NCBI GenBank assembly: GCA_965218695.1
Contig: OZ244651.1
Location: 512,001 to 576,000 of the forward strand
DNA: 64,000 nucleotides
DNA from: Nitrosopumilus sp.
GTDB lineage: Archaea; Thermoproteota; Nitrososphaeria; Nitrososphaerales; Nitrosopumilaceae
Reading direction: 5' to 3'
Positions 49,651 to 60,799 of this stretch are shown piece after piece. Position 1 is the stretch's first letter, and the number at the start of each line of letters is the position of its first letter. The position numbers and the translations under genes were made by a program. The notes under the pieces are model-generated. The model saw nothing but the letters and a program-made list of their open reading frames with translations, searched no databases and had not been told where the DNA came from.

Positions 49651-51326
49651 ATCTCATGCAGAATGTGCCTGACCTAAAAAACTGAATTAAACTGGGTTAT
49701 TCCTACATGCAGCACCACATGCAGTCGAATATTCACAGAACCGTAAAACATGCCAATCCAGGAACGGCAACCGAAACATTAAGATCGGTGGTCTTTACGC
49801 CACACCGTTATGGCAATGCTGGCAGATCCGATCGTGCAGAGAATACGGCAGGAAAACGAGTCGCTCAGGGAATCAGGAGAACTCCACAGGCAGAGGATCA
49901 GGATGCTCAGAAAGGCGCGCAGGACAGACAGGCAGAAGAGCGAGGCCCTCAAGGAACGCCTGACTGATCACTGGACCATCACGTCTAGGTTCCTTGACGA
50001 CATCATAAAATATCCTGAATTCCTGCACGCCATGACCCTGCGCACCCCGGAAAAGTTTGACCACACGCTGAACCGCCTCAAGGAGCTTTTGGAGCGGAAC
50101 GGGGAGACTGCGCTCTTTTGGGAAGTTGGGAGCAGATCAAAAAACTCCGGAAGCAGGCGCATCCTGCCCCTGAGGCACGCGTACCTGCTGTGGCTGTTTC
50201 GGTCAAGGCTGAGCATACCGCAGGAAGCCCTGGCTACGATGTTTGGCGTTGACCAGGCCACCGTCTCCAGGTATCTTCCCCTGATGACCCGGCTGCTAGG
50301 AGGGATAGACACGGCGCCGCGCAAAATCAGCGAGGCTGCGCAAAAGGCCGGGACGCTTGAGGAGAGCAAGAAGATAATACCGGGCAGGAGGGGAGGAGAA
50401 CTGATGGTGGACGGCACGCACAACCGGGTCAGAAGATCCGCGGACAAGGATAGGCGCAAAAAGACGTACTCTGGCAAGAAGAAGGCACACACGTACAACA
50501 CCAACATCGTGATCAACAAGCGCCGCGTGATAGTCGCGATAAGCAAGACCGTTCCGGGCAGCGTCCACGACAAGACCCTGCTCAACGAGGATCCGCCAAA
50601 CCTTGGAATCATCACTGCAAGGATGGCCAGAAGGACGTGCCCGAAAAGGAAAAGCCCGACGTCCTGACCGACAAGGGCTACCAGGGGACAAGGGAGGAAT
50701 ATCCCGGATGGCACATCAGGCACCCGTACAAGAAAAAGCCTGGTGCCGACAAAAAGACAGGTGGCCTGACAAAGAAGCAGCGCGCCTACAACAAGAGGGT
50801 AAACAGTTCCCGGGTGGCCATAGAGCACGTCATAGGGAACCTGAAGCAGTACAAGAGGCTGACTGACCCGTACGACGGCACCGAAGAGGAGTACAACGAC
50901 GAGCTCAACGCGATTGCAGGAATGGTAAACCAGGATCTGATGTGGGACGAAATAAAACTCAGGGACGCGGACCTTCTCAAGAGGCTGGCAGAAGAAAGGG
51001 CGCGCCTCTGAGGCAGGAGGGCGGCACGAGCCGCCTGGACGGAGTGAAAGATGCAGCAGTGCAAAAATGCCGCGCATGGCATTCAGATTCGCATGAATCT
51101 CCCCCTCCAATTCACCATGAAACAATCTGCCGCTCTGATGGACAGATGCCGCACATCCGCCGGGCGTGTCTTGCTTTTCATTCTTGGAAACTAGATTTTT
51201 CACATGGACGAACAAGACGAATTTGTAAAATATGTGGCAGGTGGGATTTTCAGATACGGCCATGCCCAGCGCAGTTCGGACGTGATTTTATGGTTTGCCG
51301 CGTCAGGCGCATTCTGCATAGGATCT
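49649..51326 (+). mobile_element. IS5-family (ISL2-like) insertion sequence
   Basis: 25-bp imperfect TIR agatctcatgcagaatgtgcctgac / gtcaggcgcattctgcataggatct; no TSD. Confidence 0.85.
49810..51011 (+). pseudogene. DDE_Tnp_4 transposase, frameshifted near 50635
   Basis: FGVDQATVSRY, VDGTH, YSGKKK in the first frame; DKGYQG, RVAIEHVIG in the second. Confidence 0.85.
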
Positions 51327-51350
51327 TATTTATAACATGGCGAAGATTAG

Positions 51351-51550
51351 GCCCTGATAAATTCTAGTGATCTGATCACCGAAATCTACCACCAAGGCGC
51401 GGATGTGGTCCAGCTCACTTTCGAACAGCATTATTGGAAGCATGACACTTTTGGACATCATAACGAAAGGTGGCGGGATTGAATCTGGAAAAGATCCAAA
51501 AACACATTTTTGAACAACAGATGACAGAGATTATCAGAATTTACCAGAGC
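51351..51550. mobile_element. 200-bp MITE-like element
   Basis: TIR gccctgataaattc / gaatttaccagagc; homologous to 8630-8809; no ORF. Confidence 0.7.
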
Positions 51551-51552
51551 TA

Positions 51553-52524
51553 TTATTTTTTACCAAAAATACGTTCCATTTCTGACATGAAGCTTGATCT
51601 TTTGTAAATTAGTGTTCCTCTTGCAGCAGGTTTGTCTAATCCCAGATCTGTGCGAGTGGTTACCTTCATGAATTTCGGCCACGATGCAAAAGAATAGTCA
51701 TACATGTTTGAACCCTTTTCGCAATTGTAATAATGAAAATCTTGTGATACGTCGACAAATTTTCTAAACGACATTGGAGAAAATATTTCTGCTATATTTC
51801 CTAATATTTCAAATTCGTCTCCGGCATGGGGTTTGTTCTGAATTGTCATAAGTTTTCTAAATAACTTGAATTTTTCGCCGCGTCCTATTTTCTTGGTTAA
51901 TCGTGATAATGTTTCGACTTGCTCTTTGAATCCGTCAGGAATTTTTGTATTTACGTCTTGATGCACACCCACATCCACATTAAAATCAACATCACGTAAA
52001 TCAATACGCCCATAATCACTTTTCAATGATTCAAGATGTTTCAATTGAGCCACTAGCCAGTACTCCGTAGAATCTTCATTTGGAGTTTCCTTCACCACTT
52101 CACGATTCACCAAACTTTCAAGAAAACGTGGATCATCTAAAGAATATTCTATATCCAAATTATATCTCTCATCCGGTTTTAATTTTTTTAAATTTACCTC
52201 AAAGCCGTTTTCAGTTAAATTAATGGCATCAATTGATTCCAACCCTATTAGTGATCTAATGTTGGCTCTTCTAACTTTTCCAAATTGAAATCTTACCTTG
52301 TTATGAAAAAAACTATTCTTCTTTGATATTAAAGACATTGAGTATTTCTGGATAGATTCCGGACACAGTACGGTCATCTCTCTCCCATCAATACGGAATG
52401 TATCGTTAACGTTTTGATCAATTTTTGAAATTCTATTTGTGATTTTATCTACCACGCTTTTGATAATCGGTTTAGCGGCAGATCCCGCAATCATTGCAGC
52501 ATCTTTCACTATATCTTCTTCCAA
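51553..52524 (-). CDS. hypothetical protein (low GC)
   Basis: 323-aa ORF directly abutting the upstream gene. Confidence 0.75.
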   Translation of the reverse strand: MEEDIVKDAAMIAGSAAKPIIKSVVDKITNRISKIDQNVNDTFRIDGREMTVLCPESIQKYSMSLISKKNSFFHNKVRFQFGKVRRANIRSLIGLESIDAINLTENGFEVNLKKLKPDERYNLDIEYSLDDPRFLESLVNREVVKETPNEDSTEYWLVAQLKHLESLKSDYGRIDLRDVDFNVDVGVHQDVNTKIPDGFKEQVETLSRLTKKIGRGEKFKLFRKLMTIQNKPHAGDEFEILGNIAEIFSPMSFRKFVDVSQDFHYYNCEKGSNMYDYSFASWPKFMKVTTRTDLGLDKPAARGTLIYKRSSFMSEMERIFGKK

Positions 52525-53547
52525 TCAAGCCACCTCTGGTGAATCTAATATTTGATAAAATGGAACACTGTACTTTTTATCAGAAGTGATTGCAATTGGG
52601 TATAATTTTTTTGATGGGTAAGCATTTTGTGCTAAATCTGTGATCAGTATTTCTACATTTAACATCTGAGTTGTAGGAAAAACTTTGAGACTTTTCATGG
52701 AATCTAGAATTAATAATTTATTTTTCCCCAACGATTTTAGAAAAGCAAGAAAAGCGTCTGCATCTGTCATTATCGAAACATTTCTCAAATACGCATTCCC
52801 AACCCCAACTGTGAATTCTCTAAGGAATTCTTCATCGTTATCAAATAACTTCTCTAGCTTCTCTATAGTGGTTTTAACGCTATTCAACTCTTTTTGATCT
52901 GAGGGTAATGGGTTCTTTGTCGCCATACGAGATGCCTCTATGACATCATTATATTGTGGAAATTTATCTTTCATTTTCATAAAAACTACATTCAAATCAT
53001 TCAAAAATTTAATTTTGAACTCTTCAAATCCTTCAGGGGGTCCTTCCTTAATCTCACTCTTTTCTAGTACATTAATCCTAATTATTGCAGTTCCTTTACC
53101 GTGATTAAAAATTTTAATTCCTCCATCGGTAATTGGTCTGTCGTTTCTATCGCTCACGACGTTAATTTTTTTAATTGTATCAATAATCTCCACATCGGGT
53201 CTAAAGAGTTCAATTCGTTTCTCAATAATTTGCGGTTCATTTGAATCAAAATTAATTTCAAATCTTAGTGTTTTGATTACTGATGCCTCATCAAAAATCT
53301 TAGAACCAAATACACCTCCCAAATATCCGGGGGTTTCAAATTTTTTTACTGCATATTTATTTTTATTAATATCTAATTCCTTGTGATCAACATTGTATAC
53401 CTCGTCAAGCGTTATTCCTTCAGATGTAACAATAGAAATTTTTATCTGTTTAGAATGATCCCAGAGGACAAAAAATGGAATTCTTTCTCCTTGGTTGCAA
53501 TATTCGGGAACATATAGATCAATTGTTTTTTCAGCTACTTGCGACAT
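52525..53547 (-). CDS. hypothetical protein (low GC)
   Basis: 340-aa ORF with TATA upstream. Confidence 0.75.
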   Translation of the reverse strand: MSQVAEKTIDLYVPEYCNQGERIPFFVLWDHSKQIKISIVTSEGITLDEVYNVDHKELDINKNKYAVKKFETPGYLGGVFGSKIFDEASVIKTLRFEINFDSNEPQIIEKRIELFRPDVEIIDTIKKINVVSDRNDRPITDGGIKIFNHGKGTAIIRINVLEKSEIKEGPPEGFEEFKIKFLNDLNVVFMKMKDKFPQYNDVIEASRMATKNPLPSDQKELNSVKTTIEKLEKLFDNDEEFLREFTVGVGNAYLRNVSIMTDADAFLAFLKSLGKNKLLILDSMKSLKVFPTTQMLNVEILITDLAQNAYPSKKLYPIAITSDKKYSVPFYQILDSPEVA

Positions 53548-53606
53548 CTAGTTTTCATAAAATTTGATGTGTGTAATATAGTTGTGGTTTCGCCTAACTC
53601 ATAGTA

Positions 53607-53648
53607 TACTGACGCGCCAAAGTCTTTGAACAGGCACCTTAGCCAACC
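53607..53648 (+). mobile_element. solo IS630 end
   Basis: tactgacgcgccaaagtctttgaacaggcaccttagccaacc matches the reverse complement of 20545-20586. Confidence 0.7.
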
Positions 53649-54859
53649 GGGTGTGTCCTAGTAATAAAAAATGCCATCCCATGTGCCAAGATGTCAAAGA
53701 CACGATTGGTGCCAGAACCCGTCGGCATCAACAGTGCAGCACCGTCAATCTTTCACAACCCATAAAATCCCCCAAATCCAAGACGCTGTGCGGAGGCTCC
53801 GCTAGGAGGCGCGTGTCAAGACGTGCCGGTTACGCTGCAAGTATCGCGATTTGATCCTGTGTGAGCCTACCGTCTTTTGCCTGCAATCTGGCCACGAGCT
53901 CTACGTTGTAGCACATGATGCGGATCGCAACCTCATTTGCCCGGTTCTCGTGTTTTCGGCATCTGGTGCCATCCCCGTACATCTTCTTGAGGGCGGCAAA
54001 GACTGCCTCGATGATGCTGCGTTGGTGATACTGTGAATCAAATTTGTCCCGATCATCCATGTACAGGCTCACCATCTCGCGCCACGACTGGCTTCCCTTG
54101 GCGTTGCGTACGGTGTTGGACTTTGGCTTGATGCGGGGCACATCCCATGGCAGATATCATGTTGCACATGGCTCTTGCCAGGTACGCAGAATCCAGGCAA
54201 AAGTCGCCGGTGCCCCGGCCGAGCCTGCCTAGCATCGCATACAGCCCGTTTATGTCTGCCACCGCGCTGTCTGTCACCATGCAGTCGATTATCACCCTGG
54301 TGCGGATATCCACGATTGCGTGCAGTTTGACCCATCCCTTCCTGGTGCGAAAACTGTCGGTCCTGACGTCAAGCCACCTGACAAACCGCAGGTACGAGTA
54401 TCCGGTGCTGTCTGCTGCCAGGGAGCCTGCCTCCACCTCCCTGATGGCAATCCGGTGTGCCTCTGCCAGATACCATTCCGGGATCAGGCCGTAGGCGCGC
54501 GCTATCGTGCTCTTGGAGGGAATCCGGTCCAGGCCCATCTTGGCTGCCATGGTGCCGTTATTCCGGAGAATGCCGACCATCTTACGGTAGGTCGTGCGCT
54601 GTGCCTCAAGCATGATGCAGACAGCTGCCATGGCGCCAGGCGGATATGCAGTCATGCCGCCCAGGCCGGGCCTGACGGCGTACGGATTCCCAAGCTCCTT
54701 GATTATTCCCAGCACGGTATTCAGCATGAGACCAGACAGGTACTGCTGAACCAAATCGTATTGTCGTTGATCGCGTTTCTTTGTAGTCATTAGGCGATGC
54801 CGTGATCTGCCGATCCATATCTTTTGTCATCTCGGGGCATATGCCTCTAGGACACACCC
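53649..54859 (-). mobile_element. IS5-family insertion sequence with frameshifted transposase (53830..54790)
   Basis: TIR gggtgtgtcctag / ctaggacacaccc; ADSTG, WVKLH, LDSAY, YHQRSIIEAVF split over two frames. Confidence 0.85.
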
Positions 54860-55196
54860 GATCTAGACCAATATGGTTACAAAAAATCGTGAAGGCATTG
54901 CGGACCATATCCGAATGCATACGTCCAAGGACAAGTATTGCACCCACGAGCCGCAATTCGTTGCAAAAGCTACCATGTGGTCTTGCGGCCGCACGTGTTT
55001 GCGGGATTTATGGCATGCTGGTTCTTAGCGGAATCATGCATGAAATCCGCCCTACAGGTCTGTTGCAGAATGCTTCAAGCACACAAATCCTACAGGCATC
55101 CTGCTCAGATGACTCCCTTGTAGGGCCACCATGGCGTGAAACCGCCAAGAACAGCACCACATCCTGTGCCGGAATGGGCGCATGCAGAATATCACA

Positions 55197-55508
55197 TCAA
55201 AAGTCCTTGGGAATGTGATTGTTGGCCTTCAGCCACTCCACCTGCGGGAGCGTGAACCTCCAAACGATGTCCCCCTTTTCAGTCTCATTAAAGTCCCAAG
55301 GGGCTATGATCACAATGTCGTTGTCCCTTATCCACACCCGCCTCTTGAGCTTGCCCCTTATCCTGCCCCGACGGGTGAGATTGTCAGTACACTTGATAAG
55401 AACATTCTCGCCTCCAAGCATCTTCAAAACCCTTCCAAACATCTCTCCCTCCTCGGGAAGGCGAATCTCCTTTAACGCGCTCTCGCTTTTCACCTGACGT
55501 TTGCCCAT
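55197..55508 (-). CDS. eif1a: translation initiation factor aIF-1A
   Basis: GRVLKMLG, RGRIRGKLKRRVWIR.ND.V...PWDF...KGDIVWR. Confidence 0.96.
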   Translation of the reverse strand: MGKRQVKSESALKEIRLPEEGEMFGRVLKMLGGENVLIKCTDNLTRRGRIRGKLKRRVWIRDNDIVIIAPWDFNETEKGDIVWRFTLPQVEWLKANNHIPKDF

Positions 55509-55883
55509 GACAATCAGCATGGGCAATGAGCATATAACTTGTGGGGTGCTGAGAAGTAGTGCGCACGTGCCACAAGTAGGGAATGTTTCCGTATGTAGCA
55601 CTGGCGAATCTGCTCAGGGATTCGGACTGGAGCATATTCAAGCCACCGGATCAGGAAATTAACATGCTGTTAACGGTCCCGCCATGTTGATCGGTTGTGC
55701 AATCAGGCCGCATGCCTAGTTCGTGCAGTTTTGGAACCTGAGTCCGTACCTGAGAAGTTAGTGGCAGGTAATTTTATCTGGGAAGCGCGACAAGTGGGAC
55801 TCTGCTGCATTCTGGATGATTGTCTTCCATTTGATGGCGATGGTATTCCGGCTGTCCTGATCTGACAGGATAGAAGAGGCAGC

Positions 55884-56339
55884 TTATGCAGTTTGTGGTA
55901 CACGTCGGTTTAATTCTTCATCCCCTACAATCCTCGGATGGTTGGGATCTGCCATGATGACTTCAAACCAGTAATGCTTTCCGTCTTTGTAGATAAAGTA
56001 TGACCCCAGTTTGGTCATATTTGGGTACCTCTCCATGACCCTTCTCTCTGCAACAGTCTTCATGTTGTCGTCTGCCTTGATTCGGTTAACTCCAAGATGT
56101 TTCGGTCTCCTGCCTCCGGTGGGTCTCTGCTTTCTCATACCGCCGGTTCCCACCCTCATGCGGACAACGATTATGCCCTGCTTTGCCTTGTATCCCAGTC
56201 GTCTGGCCCTTTGAATCCTGCTTGGTTTTTCAATGCGGACAATTGCGTTTTGCTTACGCCATTTGACTATGCGCTCACGCAACTCCGGGGCGTTCTCCTT
56301 CCAGAGCCTTATCCACGTCCGATCCTGATAACTGGGCAT
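55884..56339 (-). CDS. rpl15e: 50S ribosomal protein L15e
   Basis: P.R..RARRLGYKAKQG, GGRRPK, AERRV..RYPN, YWFEVI..DPNHP. Confidence 0.96.
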   Translation of the reverse strand: MPSYQDRTWIRLWKENAPELRERIVKWRKQNAIVRIEKPSRIQRARRLGYKAKQGIIVVRMRVGTGGMRKQRPTGGRRPKHLGVNRIKADDNMKTVAERRVMERYPNMTKLGSYFIYKDGKHYWFEVIMADPNHPRIVGDEELNRRVPQTA

Positions 56340-56382
56340 AAAATGCATGATGGGGCACCCTTTAATAACTGATCTCCAAATG

Positions 56383-57672
56383 CAGTCTTCCCAGAAGTGA
56401 CTCAGGGTAGCACCGGCGGTGGGGGCTCGGGCGGCTCTTTGTAGCCAAATACGATCAGCAACAGCATCATGTCCCGAAGATCCTGCCGGGTGATCAGGGG
56501 ATCCGTGGGATAAATCCCGATACGGTGCATCAGCGTTGCGTTTGCCATTACCCATGCGTTAAAGACGGTTAGAGTACACAAGGCACAAAAGTTGCGCCGC
56601 CGGATTCTTGCTGTGCGTCTTGGCCCTTGTGTTTTCTATCATCCGGTATCCGGTCTCTATGCCCCACCTGTTCCCGCACGAGTCCGGATCCACGTCGGGT
56701 GCGTTGGTGGCAAACCCGACGTATCTCTCGTGCGGTAGCAGCTCGCCGTCGTCCTTTCTTTTCTTCCTCTTCTTCCTTTCTGTGATGGTCATCGTGTACG
56801 GCACCTCCTTGCCGTCGCCCCCGGTGATGACGGATTCAGAGACGCGGCCGCGCCTGCCTACAGCAAACTCTGCGATGGCATCCACCACCGTGTCTGTATT
56901 CTTGCACGGTATCAGATATTTGATGCTCATGTCCCCAAACGTCCCCATTACGCCTGCCGTAAAGAACTCCCTGTCAAGCATCGCCATCCCGATGCAGGCT
57001 CCCGCATCCTGCGCAATACCGATGATTTTACGCACGAAATCGGCAGTATCCTCAAGCGACGGCATGTCCAGGACGCCTAGCACGAGGCGACGGTTCTGGT
57101 CAATGCACTGTATCGTGATGTACCTCTCAAAGACGTGTGTCCCGTCCTTGGCTTTTGAACGCACCAGCTCTGTCCCGTATCTCTTGTCGTATCTGGGTAT
57201 CAGGTGCATGTCGATTGCCACGTCAATCTCCTGGCCTTTCTTGAGTAGTCTCATCTCGCGCAGCTGGCCAATCTGCAGGGACACCGTCCTGGCAAAGCAT
57301 TTGTAGACGTCGCTGCCACGCGTCTTGGATGCCACGTCGCGCATCCACTCGTCACTTGGGCGTGAGTCCCCGTCTGCACTGCCGATTCTTTTGGAGGATC
57401 TGGCACATCCGGCTACCTGCCTGCCGTGCGCACACGCGCCTGCCATGCTCCTGTGAAAATCCTCGGTGCCGTAGATGGTGTTGTACCTGCGTGAGACCAC
57501 GATGCATGGAGACATGCCGATCCCTACCGTGTCCAGGACACCTTGATATATGCGCGGGTTGTTAAGCATGTCACGTCTCAGTTGGTTCATTGGTTGTTCG
57601 ATGACCTTCTGGGACTGCCCTAATTGATCTGTTGTGGTTTTGGGTTGTTTTCAGGCACTTCTGGGAAGACTG
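56383..57672 (-). mobile_element. ISH3-family insertion sequence with frameshifted transposase
   Basis: 17-bp TIR cagtcttcccagaagtg; 5-bp TSD aaatg; AIDMHLIP, LDREFF, RWGIETGY; C-terminus continues in another frame to ~56402. Confidence 0.9.
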
Positions 57673-57834
57673 AAATGATGTCTTGATATCCGTACTGGAC
57701 GCAAAGGCTCACCGATTTTGATCTTTACGCTGAACTGAAACGTGTATAGCCAGAACCGGTAAGTTATCGTAACTTAAAGCGTGGTGAAAATCTTGTGATC
57801 TTACATCATTTGTAAGTGTTCACGTGGTTTAACT

Positions 57835-59379
57835 GTATGAATTCACCTGTCCTTCCTGTCACAAAAAAATGATCATACTGATCCATATGCTGGCAATACA
57901 CATCACTTTACATGGTAAATTCACGGCACATGAGCAGGGACCAGCTAAAAGAGGAACTCCTAGCACGGAACCGGGAGATTGCCACCCTCAAATCCGATCT
58001 TGAGAAGGCACTTGGCAGGATAGAACGTCTTGAAAGGGCCTTGGGGTACAGCGAACGCCTCATGACATACTATACAAACCCCAACACGCCGCCCTCATCT
58101 GAATCCCTGGAATGGAAGGCCCAGAAGAGGGAGCGGGCAAAAAAACAGGAAAAGGAGGGCAAATCCAAGCGCGGGGGAAGAAAGGGACACGCGGGGGCGT
58201 CGCGCCCCCACGACCCGGAAAGGACCGTATCCCACAGGTTCGGGCGCAGGAAGTCGGGCAGGAGGCGGGTGCCGGTGCTCCCGGAATGCGGGTGCGGCGG
58301 CGGCGGCGGCCGGATGGCGATTGGCAGTCCGCGCGTGCGGGACATCACGGACATCAGGGTGACTGCGTGCGAGACGCGGCACCGCGTGGAGACTGCAGTA
58401 TGCGGCTCATGCGGCCGCAGGGAAGATGCTCCAAACGACCTGCCGCGGCGGGGCAACTTCGGCAAGGGCATGGTCGGACTCGTCTCAGAACTGCGCGCGG
58501 CACGGGTGCCGCTCAAGGGAATCTCGGTCGCGGTGCGCTCCATAACGGGCATTATGCTTGCAGGATCCACCGTCAACAACATCATGGCACGCGTCGGGGA
58601 CGCCTCGGGCCACGAGGCAGGCAGGATCCTCGGGGAAGTGGAGGCTTCTGACTGTGCCGGGTTTGACGAAACCAGCTGGCGAAACGACGGCCAGAAGGTA
58701 CACGCAAACGTGGCACAGTCGGGCAAAAACATCGCAATAAACATCAGCCAGAGCAGGGCCACGCTCATGCTCGATGCCATGGACAAATTTGACGGGGTGG
58801 CGATAACTGACGGGTACACCGGATATGACAGGTTTGACAAGGACGGCATGCACCAGTCGTGCTGGGCGCACGACCTCCGGCAGACAAGGCACCTGGCAGA
58901 AAAATACTGCGCCGTGCCTCCCGAGACCAAACGTGTCCGGCGGCGGCAGCAGCAGCTCCACGAGGACCACAAGTGGGTGTTTGAGAGGGCAAAACTGCTG
59001 GCCGCGCAGGAGGCGCGCTCGCCACAGCTGCGGCATACGATGAACCGCACCATGCAGGACGTGCTTGACCGGTACCGCGATGCCGGTGGTGGTGGTAACG
59101 ATGACGACATGCAAAAGGTGCTGGACAAGCTCGAGAGGCACCTGCACCGCATGTTTGCGTTCCTGGAGCATCCCGGCGTCGAGCCTACAAACAACGCCAG
59201 CGAGAGGGCGCTGCGCTACCTGGTGGTGTTCCGCAAGATAAGCGGGCAGACCAAGGGCGGCTCCAAGGCCATGAAGCGCCTTGCAGATTTTGTCACGTGC
59301 GTCCTCACGTGGAGGGCACATGGCAAGAGCGTGGCCGAAGAAGTTGGTCGACTGATATAAGGGGCAGGTGAATTCATAC
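57835..59379 (+). mobile_element. IS66-family element (nested)
   Basis: TIR gtatgaattcacctg / caggtgaattcatac; 8-bp TSD gtttaact. Confidence 0.94.
57912..59360 (+). CDS. IS66-family transposase
   Basis: NTPPSS, GGRKGH, DETSW, TDGY, QSCWAH, PTNNASERALR. Confidence 0.92.
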   Translation: MVNSRHMSRDQLKEELLARNREIATLKSDLEKALGRIERLERALGYSERLMTYYTNPNTPPSSESLEWKAQKRERAKKQEKEGKSKRGGRKGHAGASRPHDPERTVSHRFGRRKSGRRRVPVLPECGCGGGGGRMAIGSPRVRDITDIRVTACETRHRVETAVCGSCGRREDAPNDLPRRGNFGKGMVGLVSELRAARVPLKGISVAVRSITGIMLAGSTVNNIMARVGDASGHEAGRILGEVEASDCAGFDETSWRNDGQKVHANVAQSGKNIAINISQSRATLMLDAMDKFDGVAITDGYTGYDRFDKDGMHQSCWAHDLRQTRHLAEKYCAVPPETKRVRRRQQQLHEDHKWVFERAKLLAAQEARSPQLRHTMNRTMQDVLDRYRDAGGGGNDDDMQKVLDKLERHLHRMFAFLEHPGVEPTNNASERALRYLVVFRKISGQTKGGSKAMKRLADFVTCVLTWRAHGKSVAEEVGRLI

Positions 59380-59392
59380 GTTTAACTCATTT

Positions 59393-60799
59393 TTAGGCGT
59401 ATTTTGCAATCTCCGCCAAGTAATCCAATTTCTTGTTTTTCCATGTCATTACACATGAAAAGAAATTCGCCATCCACGTCATCGTCTCCTCTGCCCTTAT
59501 GCTGCCCCGTATTTTTCTGTGCACGACTATCTCGCGCAACCCGCGTTCTGCAGCATTGTTTGTAGGCGGGATCTTTGGGTTCAGCACGAACCGGAACAGG
59601 TCGCTGCCAGCATTGCTGATCTTGACCATGAATTTTTCCAATATTGGATCGTCGGCGTACCTTGCAACGATCTTTTCGATGCATGACGTCAGCATGGCAG
59701 ACGCGTTGTCCCGGAGAGAGCGCGAGCGTTTCCTGCTTGCCCTTCTGGCATAATCATAGATTATGCGCAGGTGCTTCAGGACGTTGCGCGCGCCTGGGCA
59801 GTCCGGATTGCGGTTGCAGATGTCCCTGGCCTCGCGTATTATGTGCGACCAGCAGCGCTGGACGCGGTATTTTCCGTACGCCGTCCAGCCGTCGCACACT
59901 AACGTGCCGTCCCAACCCCCAAGCGCTTCTTTCAGAACCTTTGCCCCCCGGCTGTCCCGTATCACGTACAGCGCGTGCCCGGTCAGCGGATCGTGCAGTA
60001 TCCACACCCAGACGTTGCGGCCGTTTAGGTGAATCGATGTCTCGTCGGCGTGCAGTATCTTGGCCTTGCGTATCATGGCGGCAATGGCTGCCGCAGGGGC
60101 GCCCAGCGACGTTCCCAGCCTGCGCATTATGTTGTGCGCCGTGCCCGAGGAGAGTGTAATTCCGTACCGCGACATGCGGTCTGCGATCATCCTAAACGGC
60201 ATGCGACACACGTAATCGTCTGCAACATCAGTCGTTATGCTCGGATCGTAGCTGCCCTTGTCTGGAAGGCCGGTCTCGGGCTTGATGTCCACCAGACCGC
60301 AGGAGCAGCGACACGTGTTTATGGTGTGGCGCGTGGTGATGACCTTTATCGTGCGCTCCACCCTGGTAATGTCGCGTTTTTCTGACTGCACTATGGAAAG
60401 GCTACCCGAGCCGCATTCGGGGCAGGCCTCCGGGGTGTGTTCCTCAAACTCGGTGGGTTTTGGCTTGCGGGTGCGGCCCATGTGGCCTTTTTGCCCCCCG
60501 CGCGACTTCCCGCTGCCGGCCGCATCCACGCGGTCCTTTTGATCCCGGGAGGCTTTTGTGGATTTATTGTAGGCATTCTTTTCGTCGCCTTTTCCCTTTG
60601 TGTCAGGCCATCCGGGCCCCCTTTTTTGTGATGACGGGGTGTTGTAATTGTCATGCCGCACCAGCCTGCGCTTAAGATCAGCAACTGCCAGATTCAATTC
60701 CTCAATTATCTGCCCTTGCATCTCAATCGTCTGCTTGAGCTTGATGTTCTCAGTCTTGAGATCCGTGTACATCTTTTTGAGTTCAGCCTGGCTTTTCAC
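59393..60799 (-). CDS. IS66-family transposase
   Basis: NTPSS, GGQKGH, CPECG, ADET, CDGW, QRCWSH, PTNNAAERGLR. Confidence 0.92.
   Translation of the reverse strand: MKSQAELKKMYTDLKTENIKLKQTIEMQGQIIEELNLAVADLKRRLVRHDNYNTPSSQKRGPGWPDTKGKGDEKNAYNKSTKASRDQKDRVDAAGSGKSRGGQKGHMGRTRKPKPTEFEEHTPEACPECGSGSLSIVQSEKRDITRVERTIKVITTRHTINTCRCSCGLVDIKPETGLPDKGSYDPSITTDVADDYVCRMPFRMIADRMSRYGITLSSGTAHNIMRRLGTSLGAPAAAIAAMIRKAKILHADETSIHLNGRNVWVWILHDPLTGHALYVIRDSRGAKVLKEALGGWDGTLVCDGWTAYGKYRVQRCWSHIIREARDICNRNPDCPGARNVLKHLRIIYDYARRASRKRSRSLRDNASAMLTSCIEKIVARYADDPILEKFMVKISNAGSDLFRFVLNPKIPPTNNAAERGLREIVVHRKIRGSIRAEETMTWMANFFSCVMTWKNKKLDYLAEIAKYA

Noticed and set aside
616-55196. att sites, tRNA or integrase defining the element's ends
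   Set aside because: No tRNA, tyrosine/serine recombinase or long direct repeat was seen by eye, so the boundaries remain undefined.
56395-56520. GC-rich stretch resembling a structured RNA
   Set aside because: It encodes the frameshifted C-terminus of the ISH3 transposase inside the TIR.
55884-56555. Long N-terminal extension on L15e (and on aIF-1A to 55601)
   Set aside because: The L15e extension runs through the ISH3 end; TATA boxes place the starts at 56339 and 55508.
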